This document shows positions 25,816 through 39,820 of a stretch of DNA of 64,000 nucleotides, one piece after another. The DNA is from Camelus ferus. Taxonomy: Eukaryota. The stretch covers positions 29,452,001-29,516,000 of the forward strand of contig NC_045696.1 in the NCBI RefSeq assembly GCF_009834535.1. Direction: 5' to 3'. How positions within the stretch are numbered: position 1 is the first letter of the stretch; every line of letters begins with the position of its first letter. The notes under the pieces are model-generated. The model searched no databases. It was not told the origin of the DNA and saw nothing but the letters and a program-made list of their open reading frames with translations. A program made the position numbers and the translations under genes.

Positions 25816-28800
25816 AGAAATAAGAAATAGTGGGGTCAATATATGTATATTTCACAAGATATTCTTTAACACACTTTCATCTAAAATAATTTTTATAAAA
25901 TTGAGAAGCGATTTGAACTGCTTGATGCTTATCTATATGCTATTTTGCACATATTTAATGACTATTAACCAAGTAAATAATAAAAATACTACAGATTACT
26001 GCCATCATTGCAACAGTATTTCTTCATTTCTGACTGAAAATATTTGACTACGTTCAGTCACTTTAACTGAAAACTTGATGGTTAAAAAAAAGAAAAGGGC
26101 TTTTTATAGTTTAGAACTGAAATGAAAGATGCAAAGCAAACAGGGCTTTAGGGAAAAAAAGTTAAAGAATAGAACAGCTGATTTTCATTGAATGAGACCA
26201 CTGTATGTCCAATGCATCTCAATTCTGCAAATGAACACAATGTTTTCCCTTAAGGTTTCTGTGATAAAGAACTCTTACATCTCTTTAAAAAAAATCAGAC
26301 ATATCAACACAGTTGGTTAGTTTTGGACATTAAAGATTAAAGCAGGTTTTAAATGGTGGCATTCTGAGAAATTTGTATTACAACTGTAATAACTAGAGAA
26401 CAGCTTTTCTAATCTTGAACTAAAAGTAACAGCGATTTAGGAAAAAAATCATCATCTGAGAAAAATTTCACAAATGCTAATAGTCACTGGGTGGCTTAGC
26501 TCCATGTCTCACAGTCTGAGTTGCAATCCAGTACTTCCAGAGGCTAAATATTACCTCCTTGCTAAGTCATTAAGTGTGGGGAAACCATGTATTTCAATGC
26601 AATATTCAGTTTCCCTATAATTCACACATTGTTTTTAATATCATATAGCTTTGAAAACACATCAGGATTTAATGGCTAATGTAATCTCTTTCATTCAATA
26701 TCTTCTCTTTGTGATAGGTAAGATGTTATAAGATTAGATCAAAGAGGAAGCTGGAGGGTCCCATGAACAAAGCAGGACTGTTACCAATGATACAGACAGA
26801 TCCAGTTCAAAGGATGGCATATTTCCACAGTGAAGCTACAGACTAAAGCAACACAAACCAAGAACAATAGAGGAGAAATAAAAGAAGCCAACAGTCAGAC
26901 TCAGTCAATTCCCTTTCTAAGTCTTCTCAAAAAAGGCATGAATCAAGAGACGGTTACCCTGCCCTTCCCAAGGAATTTGCTATGTCCTTACTCTGTTCTA
27001 CGTGTTTAGTTTGGAGAATCATAGTAAGTAGGTGTAACTAATCAGTGGGACAGCAGGTTATAATCAGAATGGTTCTGAACTGTTCTGTGATGACCATTCT
27101 AAAACTGAAGACCCATCTAAATTTCTCAGTAAAACTGGACAAAAGAACTTCAGTTCCCTTTACCTTAAAGACATTTCTCTGATATTATTTGGTCCCATAT
27201 GCAGATAAAAGGACTCAAATAAGCCCAAGTCTCCTGAGGAAGGTGCAGTGAAACCTGTAAGTCAGATCTGGGTCCCTGCCCAGTGTGTGGCACAGTGATA
27301 CATCAGGACAAGTCACTTCAGTCTCATACTGCATCTCATGGAGTTCTGGTATCTACTGTTTGATTCATAACCGCATACTGATTTCATCAGTGAAATCTTA
27401 CTCTCCGTAAGAATGTTTTGGTACTTTAGCTAGCCCAAACTTAAGAGTAAAACCAACAGGATGACATAAGAACGTCAAGGTTTGCAACATATGCACTGAG
27501 TTTCCTAGGTTGGCATTTACTGGTTAAAAAATGCTTCAAGAACTCTCTCTAAACGATGCTGGCCATTTTATGTAGGGAGCTTTATGATGCCAATTCCAGC
27601 TACACTTAGAGACCTCTTAATACTATCTGCTCAAAACCTATCAGTTGATAATTGTATAATATCATTAACAGGAATATTGTGTAAGTATTATTTTTTTTTT
27701 CACTGCAATGTTAATTACCAGAATGTACTTATGTTGCTCCAGAGCCCTTGCAATGCAGGCAGCATGAAAGAATTTCCCAAGCAACGGATTTTTCTTAACT
27801 GTGGCTATTTCTGGAATTTGGAGTTTTCTTCTTTATTAGGGTTCTGAGTATATAAATCATTTTCTTAGTAATTAGGAAATAACTACCAATTATACTAAAG
27901 GACTTAAGATGATCAGAGCTAATGCTTATGGTGACACAATTACAAACAGGGACAATTTGGGGTCTCTGTAATTTAGTGCTAAGTATTGGCTCTGTAAATC
28001 TTAATTTATAAATTTAGGTTTATAAACAGTTTTGATTCATACAGCAAAGGAAATATGAACATAATTGAAGTAGATTTAAACATACATCCTCATATTTAAA
28101 CAACTCATATTTAAAGATATGTATATAGAAACCACTCAGTACACATATCACAAATAATATATGGTGATAAACATATCTACTCTGCACAGTTATTAGCCAT
28201 TAAGCCCTAAACATTTGTAGGCAGGATCACATTAAGAACATATGAGACAGTGTAATATTGGGCCATACATTTCATTTTTTTCTAGCTATTTTTATCGTCA
28301 GTTCTTGACAGGGAATCAGAATGCCACAGTATACTCCAGTTCATGTATTAAGAGAGTCAAAATGCATGCTAATCAACCCAGTTATTTTTACTTCCTTAAT
28401 GGCTTAATCACTATGCCAGCCATCAGCATGGCTAAAAACATAACTGATCACACAATAGTCAACTATGTCATCCAGGGAAAGCACTATGTTCTTCTAAGGT
28501 CATAATAATTGTCAAACATTTGAAAATAGAAATTTAAAAATAATTTTAAATGAAAAATACCTAAAAAACAAATTTTAAAATTTTCTTAGAAATTGTTGGA
28601 TTTAGCAATAGTTCATGGTCAGAGTGACAACATTATCTGCTGAGAAGGACATTAGACTTTTAACAGTCTACATATACACATTTGTCATTAAAAAAAATCC
28701 CAAATTATTTTGAAAAATAAGGGTGACATATGAAATAATTTTAATTTTCATCTACATGCTTTAGTTCACAAAATATTTTCTAAGAAACAAAGAAATATTC

Positions 28801-30589
28801 TAATTCATTTTTTTGCATTAGAGTTAAGAGAAAAGTGATGCTAGTAAGTATTTCTATGTAGAAATATATATTATCTCATCTAATTTGGAAATACGAGAAG
28901 GAGTAAGCTTTAAGAATCAAGACTGATTTGTCTGGAAAAAAAAAAAAACCTAAACATTTTTCATAATTCTGGATAGACCAGAAAACATTGCCCAATTTAA
29001 TTTGCACTTTCAATTTAATTTGCACTTTCACTTACAACTGAGGGATACTAAAAAAGATACCTGTACGCCAAATGCCCTATTTCAACTAAAAGTTTACCTT
29101 TGAATCACCAAATTTAGAATGGAATAAACAGACCTACTTCTTAATGACAAGGAGACTAACTGGCAAAGTAATAGATGCTAAAACTATTGTTTTATTCACA
29201 TTTCACCATTAAGACTGCTTAAGTTGCCCTAAAGGAAACTCATTCATTTCGAGTTCAACCATCTTCTTCCATTTGTGCCATCGAATTTTAATTTACGAAT
29301 CAGAAAAGAGAAAGAAAGCACCCACCCCGACCTGACTTGTGCATGGTAACAGACAAGGTCACACTTAGGCTCCTATATCAGGAACCAAAACATTGAAGAA
29401 ATCATTAAGCTATAAAGGCATTTCCAGTAACTGCCAGTAAAGCATAACGGAAAAGTTCTGCCCTATTGTTTCCTGGCATTTGTGAGATACTCTGAACTTA
29501 GCATACGCGTTTCAACAGTAGTGCACGTGCGGTTTTCCTCTGGCTTCCCAGTTTCACCTGACGGAGCACGCACAGATGACGCTGGGGCGGTAGCTGCTGA
29601 TGCTGCAGCATGCATGGCTATTTTAAGATTCCTTCGAGCTCTGTTTGTTGCTATCTTTGAAAACAGATTTGACACTTATTCAGCAGATCCTTTGGATTAT
29701 TGAGCTTGCAAATTAAGCTTTAGCAAATACTCTGGACTAGTTATGATGGACGGAAATTTCACAGAAAAGGAAAAAGGTCATATTTTTGTCTCCCTTCCCT
29801 CTTAATTCGAGGCATGTGGGAGGCAGAAGGTGGTAGAGGAGACCTGGAGCACTCAGGGTCATGTTCAAGAAACCTGACTGGATCCCAGCACATACTCATC
29901 AGTTTAATAAAGAGTTCCATTATAATGAGGCATTCTTACAATGGATGTATTTTTTAAGGTATTTTCTCCCCACCCCCCGGCTCTTTGAAGGATAACTCCG
30001 GCAAGAAAGAATCTGTTTTATTGGATTTTCTGGTCTATTTGGGCTCCCTTATTCTTAAATTAAAACCAGAGATCACTTAGTCTGGAGCCTAAAGACTTAT
30101 TTAAAATGAGTCATTCCTAAAGCACCCATAGTCATCGGAAACAAGATGCTTCTGCTGGGAAGACAGAGCTAACCCCTTCCTTCTGACCGCGCTGGATCAG
30201 CATTCCACTGCAGGCAGTGGTTAAGCTCTATTTTATTTCTCACGTGCTTGTGGCACTGTATTTGCTACCTGTTATGGAGACTTATGTGACAGTCTCCATT
30301 CCAGCTGCTAATTTAGAACCGCACAGTCTATGTCTGCAAGATCAATTAGTGCCTGAAAAGTAATCTCCTGGCTGTTGCTGCCACTGGTTAGTCAGTTTGT
30401 TTTAATTATGACAGAATATCTTTGCTCTTAAAAAAATCGAAAGGATGTCAGCCTATTTTCTGCCCACCCCCGAAGACTGTGAGCCCTCGCCTAATATGGT
30501 AATTTCTCCAAAGCTGAGAGTATGTCTTCAGGGCACCTAGTGGCTTGACATGCTTAAAACGCCAAAATAATTATTGAATAGCCACAACA

Positions 30590-30845
30590 ATAATAACTTT
30601 AAAATACATGCGCAGTAGCATTTTGCAGGTTCTGAAAAGCTTGGCTGTGTTCATGAATTTTTGTCTCCTAAGAATCCTGTGCTGTAGGAAGGAGACTGTT
30701 ACTAATTCTTCTATACAGACAGGGAAACTGAGGCACAAAAAGGTTAAATTTCTCAAGTGCTCATAGCTAGTAAATGGCAGGTGGGGGGCTTGATCCCCAA
30801 TTCTCTGCCACCACATTCTGTGGTCTTTTCACTATATCACCATGC
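30590..30845 (-). mobile_element. MIR SINE
   Basis: tacagacagggaaactgaggcacaaaaaggttaaatttctcaag...catagctagtaaatggcag. Confidence 0.8.
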
Positions 30846-31626
30846 TTCCCTCCCCAGCAGAAGCCTCTCTGCACACACGAACCTTCAGGAAGGCTGGCTG
30901 TGGAGCGCCTTTGCTGTCTGAAACTTTCAAACTCCTTTCAGTCTAGGTCAACTGGTTCAAGTTCAGCTCTACTGCAACTGGTTGCTGCTTCTCCATGGCT
31001 CCACTTTATGTGCTGGCTCATTTCACTAAGCATAAGACCTTCCTCCAGTTTCATCAAATGGTAAAATTTTATTCTACATCTTTAAAAGAATGTAAATTTA
31101 GTAGTTTAAAGCCATGTTCTTTCACTGCATCAACAAAGTTAAAATTAGTTACATAACTAATAAAATACAACTCTCCTCAATAAAATGAGAAAACCAGAAT
31201 TTTATAACTAGAATGAATTCAGTCTTCAATTGACTATGTGAAAGAAAAAAATATATTATTGATCCTTTTAAAGTATTTTAAACTCCATTAGCTAGCCAAT
31301 AATGTAGAAATCTGCTTAACATAAATTACAGAGAAAGCAAGAACAGAAGGGAATTGTATAAAAAATAGAAATGATTATAGTAGAAAGAAAAATGAAAACT
31401 GCCTTCCTCTTATTTTTTCAGAAATAATTTTTAATCCTATTAATGTTCAAATTTCCCCAACTGTCAGCCAAACATCCTTTATTATTAGTTTTTCCAAAAT
31501 TCAGTTTAGTCCAGCACCCACAGTGCATCTGGTTTTTTTCAGTGCACTCCTCTTTCCCTACTCCCCGCTTTGTTTCCATGTTGTTTATTTGTTAGAGTTG
31601 TTTCCTTGGACAGAGACATCATCTTA

Positions 31627-31815
<189 letters not shown>

Positions 31816-34439
31816 TCACAACGGTTCACGAGTGGAATGAGCCGTGATAAAGTATGTCTGAGCCAGGATGGAAAGGTGAGTATTCTGAATACGATTCAAT
31901 GATGATTTGGGCTATGTAGTCCCTCCCTCTCTAACATTTCAGTTTCTCATGTTTGAGAGAGGCTTCAGAGGCCTCCTAGTGCACACACCCACGGAAACCT
32001 CTCCAGCTCTCTGTCACAGCCCCTCACACGATCGTCCACGCCTATTGATGAAGAATCGACTTTTCTCTTAAGCCAACTGATTCCATTTGTTAGACATTCT
32101 TCTCCATATTGAATACAGTCTTGATTTCTTGGGACTATTTCTACTCAGAAAAGCCATAAAGAATAAGTTTGAAATACAGTAACTTTAAAATATTTAATAC
32201 TAGCTATGCTATCTCCATGTGTCCTCTGCATACCTTACTAAATACTTACAAAATAAATTCCCAGAACCTTTAATGATTCCTCATTGGATATGGCTTTTTA
32301 CTCTTCCCCCATCTTTGAATTCATGCTGGTTTGCTAGATTTTGGTTGACTAAGAAAGGAACACAGAAGTGAACCAAGGGTCCGAGTGTGGTCTGAAGAGT
32401 ACAGAACCAAGCAGGCCGAATCCTTCCCCTTGGTTACAGGCAGCGTGCTGCTATGAATGCACATGATGACGAACATATTATCTATCATGACACAGGTAGA
32501 TTCCTGTTGCAATCGTGTGATCTGCTACAATTTAAGACCAGAGTTTTCACAATGAGCTATTACACATGTTAGTATTATTGCAGTTATGACAAAATAACAG
32601 CTATGGTTACTATGTTCAAATTTATGCTCAAATGCCTAGAAATGGTACTTAATACAAAAATCCACAAGTAAATATACATGGATACTTGGAAATTTAAGTT
32701 TCTTCCAGCCTAAGGAGGGAGACAGGCGTCTAAGTGCTTTGTGTTTTCTCTTCCTGGTAATATAAATATTAAATCTCAGAAATGTTAGTATATTTTTCAT
32801 TACAGTAAAAATGATCACATTAAAAGTGCATGTAAATAACAAACTATGACCATCATTTTAATGCCTAGAGAACCTATATTTGGGTAAAAGATGCAGATAA
32901 ACTCGCCACGGAACTCTTGCTGGGATTGGTGGCTCCGTTTCCCTCCATCCAGGTCAGCCTGCTCTACTACTGCCAGTAAGCTGCGGATGATGTGAGCATA
33001 CAGATTTTATTTAATGGGGAAATACGATAGTGAAAATAAATAGAGACATGGTAAATAAATGAAGCATGGGGGAATGAAAGGAGCTACTAAAATATAAGTT
33101 TACATTTTTGTTCTTCATCCTAGCTCATTAAATACTTGCACAAGTCTTCAAAAAGCATTACACAAAAACAAGAGTACAGTACAGTTTAGAAAATAATGCC
33201 CTAGAATCCTTTTTAAAACATTTGAAATACAGTATCAATTATTCAATTATTGGTAAACAACACAGATTACTGGCAGTAGTGACTGAAGAAAGCAAATATA
33301 TCATGAAAAGCAGTGATTCCCAACCTGTGGGTTGACAATCACTGGTTGTTGTGTCATTATGAGGGTCTCACAGAATGAGTAATTATGTTATTATAAGGGA
33401 CTGGGAATCTATATATGTATTGTTTGAAGACTAAATTATGTTATTATACCCATTTGGTACTATATTTCAAAGAAAGTGCATTTTTTTGGATTAACAAGAT
33501 ATAGGTTCATTTAAAAAGCTGCAGAATTTGAGTTTTTCGCCTATGTATTTTCTCAATCAAGGATACTGAAAGAACAATTGTTATTATCAGGACCAATTTC
33601 TTTTTGACATTGAAAGGGATCATCACACTGAAAATGGTTATAATCTACTCAATGTATATAATTTCTAGCTATGAAGAAAAAGCTTACAAAAGCCATAAAG
33701 TTTCAAAACATCAGTTTAGACCTTTATCTCTGATCTATAATTTAATGAACAAATTCTGCTGTGGTCACTTTTGGAATTACCTAGCCCTGTGTCTATATTG
33801 CCAGGGAACACAACTTCCTTTAGAAAAGGCAAAACTTAAACTCCAGAAATTTCAACAATTTAAAATACTAGATTAAAAGTAATGATTGTGAAAGAGCTTT
33901 ATCATTGTAAATTACTACCACATATTACTCAAGAATCAGGAAAACCCACCTTTTAAGAACACTGCTTAGAACAAACATTTGTAAAGAGGTTATCTGGGCA
34001 ATTGGATTTTTGTTTTTCTGTTCTCTCAGCATTCCCTCACTCCCCATTTCTAATGCACGTGGGGAGACATACACACACACACACACATACACACGACTTG
34101 GGACCCACACAGCACCAACACCCCTACAAAGCTCTGTCTTCCACCAAAGAACATCTCCCTGAAAATATAACTCAGAGCCTATATATACTTGAACTATCTT
34201 CTTCATGTGGTTTCCAATTCTGCAGTAGATAAAACAAATGTAGCAGGACATCGCAACATCTAAACAACACATCTTTTGTTCACAGTTACCTCCCTACACC
34301 TAGCAGAGTGCCTTCTCATAAGAGGGTCTCAATATATCTTTGAAAATGGTATTTAGGATGACAATCCTGATTCACCAAGAACAGCTAAATTACATATCTT
34401 ATTTTTTATACTAGAGGCAAGTAGAAAAATTATCTTATT

Positions 34440-34970
34440 TTCCCATTCACTTATTAAACCCACACAATGTACAAGGCACTGTGCAAGATTAAAAAAAAAT
34501 GACTATGGTGTGATTTTAGTTTACATGAAACTCATAGTCTGTAACGGAAGATAAGAAATGCACATGAATGTCTATAAACAAAGCAGAAAGCAATATGCAT
34601 TGAAATATAGAGCCAAGAAGGGAAGGTAGGATTGACAGCCTGTATAGAAAAAGTTTTGAAGGCTGGGCTAGACTGTTAAGAATTATTTTGTAATTAGGTA
34701 TAAGAAAGTTGAAGATTTTTAAGAAAGGTTGTGACAATCAAGAAAATTAACCTGAAGGTCAAGGGTGGAACAGAATGGACAAAGGAAAGACTGGATCAGA
34801 GAAACCAGCCAGGAATCTAGCAATGGTCCAAGGATAGTGCAAATGGAGATACAAACATAAACCTATGAGATTTTGGATGTGCAACTGACAATACTCAAAT
34901 GTAAGGAAACTGATACTCAATTTGGGGAAATAGATGGAAAGGGAGAATAGTTGTGCCCAAAGACACGCAG
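34440..34970 (-). mobile_element. L2 remnant
   Basis: cattcacttattaaacccacacaatgtacaaggcactgtgc...aactcatagtct...ctagcaatggtccaagg...gagattttggatgtgcaactga. Confidence 0.55.
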
Positions 34971-37900
34971 TAGGCTTAGTGGCAGAGATGCACATCAAAT
35001 GTAGATCTAATTACCCTAGTCTCCACAGGTGGGTGCCTGTTTCATGCCAAGAATCATGCACAGTATTTTCATATGCAGTTTCTTGTTTAATTCTAAATTT
35101 CAGATTATAAGCATAAAGAGGCCAGAATGAATATGACATGAAGAATAAAAATAAGAAAAGCAGATAAAGTGATATCCATCTAAACGTTTAATCTAATTAA
35201 ATCTAAAAGATTGGCATTAAAGGACTGTGATCTTAACATTTCTTATGGAGTCATATCTGAGGTTTACTGCATTTGTTCTAGATCATTTTCTTGTTTAACT
35301 GGTTCATTTGCTTATTTGATTGGAGAATACAAAATACTGAAATAAAAAATTTACTTTGCTCAATTTGGAAAAATACAATAGGGAAGGAATGACAGAATGA
35401 CAGACTTTTGTAGGGTTTTTTTTTATAGAGTTTTTTTTTTTAAAGGAGATCAAATCGATCCCTATCCATTTGGATGTCATTAAGATATTATGATTTCTTC
35501 TTATTCTAAATTCAAGAGCTTCCTAAGTATTTGATATGTCTATCAACAGGTTGAAGTAGATAAGTTTTAAGCATTATTTTATAATCTATGTCCTTAAGTT
35601 TGAACCAAGGAAGAGCCATGTTCTGAAGACCTGTACTAATAAGATTAAAGAAGAGTGAAGGCATGAAGATGCTTAAATTCAATGACTCTTCAAATACTTC
35701 AAAAGCTGCTGTGTTTGCTCAGACACTTGATAAAGTGTCTGTTCGAAGTATAAGGATTTTGATGTAAGAAGTACTGTCATTTAGATCATTCTGCACTAAA
35801 CTCACTTCACTCCTGCTGATGAAACTGAGGAAATTTATTGTAAGGTACAAACCCTGAGGCTTCGGGTTGAGTGACAATAAAAGGGGTTCTCTAGTGACTA
35901 GAAGACCATAAAGATGGCAAAGCTGGTAAGTTGCCATACATCTTTAAATCTAAGACACCACCAATTTTAAGATGAATTATTTTATACACCTCCAAAAAAG
36001 AGAAAAAATATCACTACCATGCCAGTCATTGTAAGATGTATCCCAGTTGAAGACATGTTAAAACGTGAAAAGAAATGTACCCTTAGAATACATGAATTTG
36101 GTATGTTATTTTCAGATACGATTCTTCAGTCGACCCACCCATAGTATTATGATTGTAACAACGTTTGAGAGCTAAGTGACCCCAGGAGAGAATCTGTATC
36201 GAAGGTAGAAAACATTAGATAGGAAATTCTAAAGAACTGTGAACAAACACCTGGTAGAGTAAGAACAGGTGCTGGAAAGCAGGAAGAATTTTATGTTTTT
36301 AACAGTCTGAAGATAACTACTCAGCACAGGACTTGTGACAATGTTCTAACTTAATCTTCCCTCTTTATGTTTCATGAATTGAACTTTATTTATTGTCAGC
36401 CACAGTTCACAAAATCTTAGGTTATGGCTGTACAGCAAATCAAATAGATCTGTCCCTTTATTTTATAAATATAATTAAATTATACTTCATGTATTGTCCT
36501 GAGAGCCAAAGAAATGGCCATAAATGATAACTTTTAGTTGCTCTCTCTGGTCTCTTTCCAAGTGCAGAAGTAGCGAAGACTTGTGATGTGTTGCTGTATA
36601 TTTTATGAATGTGTATGTGTGTTAGAGTGAGGTAGATACGTGCATGTGTGGGTGTGTGCATCTGATTTAGGCATTTCTATCTTTAGCTCTGTCGTCTAGA
36701 GTATACAATAACTTAAAAATTCAACACTAGAAATGAGTTCTGATATTTTCATTATTTGTTCAAAACTATTTCATGGCAATGTGACATTTATAAGAATATT
36801 GCTTTCAATACACAGTATCTATTTAGCTTTTTCTCCTCCCTGACTTTAATTTTTTAAAAATCTCCCAATATTATATTTCTAAAATAAAATTAAAACAGAG
36901 AATAATGCAAAAATAAATAGGAAATTTACTATTGAATGTAGTAAAAGTATAAATGGCAAGTGGAACTTCTCTCTAAGGGGACTATATAAATATATTTATA
37001 CATATACATATTTATACAAATATATATATATATTTAACTTTTATTAGTTCACATTAAAATTTTTTTGTCCTTGAAAAACAGCAACAACTTCAATACATGA
37101 GCTACATATGCATTCAAGTTTGCGAACACTGTCTTCATTAAAAGTTTAAATGACAACCACATGCCTTAATTAAATGCAAAACAGAAGTGTATTTCCAGTA
37201 TAGCCTAGGATGCACTTGTTACATCAGTAGGTTTCTGATTTTAGACTAAAAATTAAACTCCAATTCCTGCAAGTTTACTTCCTTAACTGTACATTCTTAG
37301 GAACTGAATAATGCAGAATAGCAATAAAGCAAACTCAAAGGATGAGGGGCTCAAAGACAATCTACCACGTTAATTAATGGATTGCTATGCTTTTTGAAAT
37401 GCATTTTCATGCAAATTATTAGTTTATTTTTAGGCATGGTTAATGATACACACCAGTAAATAACAAATCGAATGATAATATAAAATATCAAGTACTGCAT
37501 ATTTTCTCTAGAATAATTATCCTATTTGCATAAACACTTTATAGAATACTTTGACTAACCTAATTAGGAACTTTTCTTTGTCCTAGAAGATTATATAACT
37601 TGAACTAAAAAATGTCACTGTTTCTTAGTAACTCAAGAAAGAAAAACAATGAAAAAATATGCCTACACTTCTAGCCTAATCTCCCTCTAAAATTGTTGCT
37701 TTTTGTCTCTGCCATTAAGGATTACCCAAAGAAATTATAAATTCAATAATTCGATGAAGCAATAGCAATTATTTAGAACTGCAAAAGAAAAAACAAACAA
37801 GCGTTTTATTTATCTTTTAACTACATACTTTGTCATTACAATGAGTTTCAACCATGCAGATGCAACATTTCTTACAAACATATTGTGCTTTTGAACTCAA

Positions 37901-38109
37901 AATAATTTTGACATAGACTATAAAGAAACACCTTCACCCAAATTTACTCTAATACATCCTGCAGTGGAGTCCAACACAATCTATATAAATGGAAAAGATA
38001 ACTGGAAACTTCAAAGTTCCTGAAAAATAATGACAATTGCAAGCGGCAAGCATCCTCTAAGCCATTTTTATGCAGACAGAAAAGAACAGGAGGACGCATC
38101 CTAGAGGAG

Positions 38110-38345
38110 TAAATAAAAGGCAGTGGGTGTGTCCACAGGCTTTGGGGTCCAACAATTACATCCTAACCCAGTTCTGCCAATTACCAACTGTGTGTCTTCC
38201 AGCAAGTTACTGAGTTTCCTTGAGGCTCAGTTTCTCACTGGTAAAATGAAGGTAAGACATCAGAGGTTGCTGTGAGGATTCACCAGAGCAATGTACAACA
38301 AGTGCTTAACCCAGTGCCCAGCACCGGGGACAGTGCTCAAGTTAT
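38110..38345 (+). mobile_element. MIR SINE
   Basis: ggctttggggtc...cagttctgccaattaccaactgtgtg...gcaagttact...gctcagtttctcactggtaaaatga...gttgctgtgaggatt. Confidence 0.8.
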
Positions 38346-39756
38346 TAGTTGCTGTTTATAAAGTTATTAGTTGCTGTTTATATTATTATTATAGACGCTA
38401 ACCATTTAAACTGCTGTCTCAAGTGATTAAAAATACAAAAGTAGATCAACTTATTCTCTTACTTTTTAATACCCAAGTTGGCCTTTTTGTCCTTTCTGCC
38501 CTTTATATCCATCCCCTTTTCCCATGTCTTTGTTATCACTAGAATCTGAACATTTTTCATATTATTTAAAAATCTGAACATTGAAATTTAATTGAACAGT
38601 ACATTGAACTCTTTGAGGACTAAATGCTTCTAAAATTTTAATTTTTTTTTTTTTAAGAAAAATGCTCCTCAGGCTTCTGAGAAAGACTGAGAAACCAACT
38701 CTGAACACTGAAACTGACAATTAAAACTTCTCCACACCCTCCTGCACTTGTCCAGATTTTTCGCCATAGCATTATCAACTTTTATCATACCACAAACTTA
38801 AGTACCTTATTTTCTTTCTTTACTAAAATACAATCTCTATAGGGGACTTCTGTCTTTCCCCATGCCCCCTCCTCCCCTCTGCCTGGGACCTAGATTAGTA
38901 CCAGGCATATTTATTGAGTGGGTCTTCTTTACATCATTTTCCTCCTGCAGTTTCCTCCTTGGGTTCTGATCTATGCATGCTTCTGCTAAACTTTAAGAAA
39001 TAATTTAATACTACTTTAGTCATAAAAAAATCTTTATTTTCTTCCCTTGTTTTATAGAGTTAACATTTCAGATCTCTACAGTGTAACTTCTAACACAATC
39101 CCATTTCATTATCTATAAAGTTTTACTTGGACATTTTAAAAGGTTTTTTTCCCCTTCTTTTTGGAGAAGTCAAAACAGTTAAACAAATGCATGTCAGCTT
39201 GAAGCAATTAATTCTCAAGTGAATAACTCTGATTGGTGTAAGCCCTGGAGATAGACATTTTATATAATTCTTAGTTGAAGTTGGTAAGTGATTACATGTT
39301 TACTAAAGTCGACATATACTCAAAGACTTGCATTATTAACTTGACTGCTTAACTTTCTTCATACAGATGACTGAACTTAAGCATAGAACATCAAAGTGAC
39401 TTGTCAAAAATCATATATCTACATAATTTGGCGGGGCCTGGATATGTACCTAGGGAAAATATTTTCTACCACTCTACCACCAGCGGCCAGTTAAAGTTTG
39501 CAAAGCAAATGAACGTGAAAATACTTAAACATTTGAAAGTAGATTCTTTTAGTGCTGAGAGTAGAAACCACCTTTTTCTTTATCTGAAGTCAAAACTTAT
39601 TAGGAGTAACATATAGTTAATATATATTCCTCTTCCTCTTTTAACTTTTAAGACCAAATAGAAAATCATAAGTTTGGGCTTACTCAGTGCTTTAGAAAGG
39701 TAAATGAGAAGGGGCTGAGCTAGCTGCCCAAGAGAAACTGTCACACAAAACTCACA

Positions 39757-39820
39757 GGTGTGTGTGTGTGTGCATGTGCGTGTGTGTGTGTGTGTGTGCG
39801 CCTGTGTGTGCGTGTGCATG
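39757..39820. repeat. Imperfect (TG)n microsatellite
   Basis: Directly visible. Other simple repeats: (CA)n ~34068-34095, (TG)n ~54025-54055, (TA)n ~40009-40049, (TCTA)n ~14525-14577, (TCCA)n ~43795-43855, A21 at 43189-43209. Confidence 0.9.
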
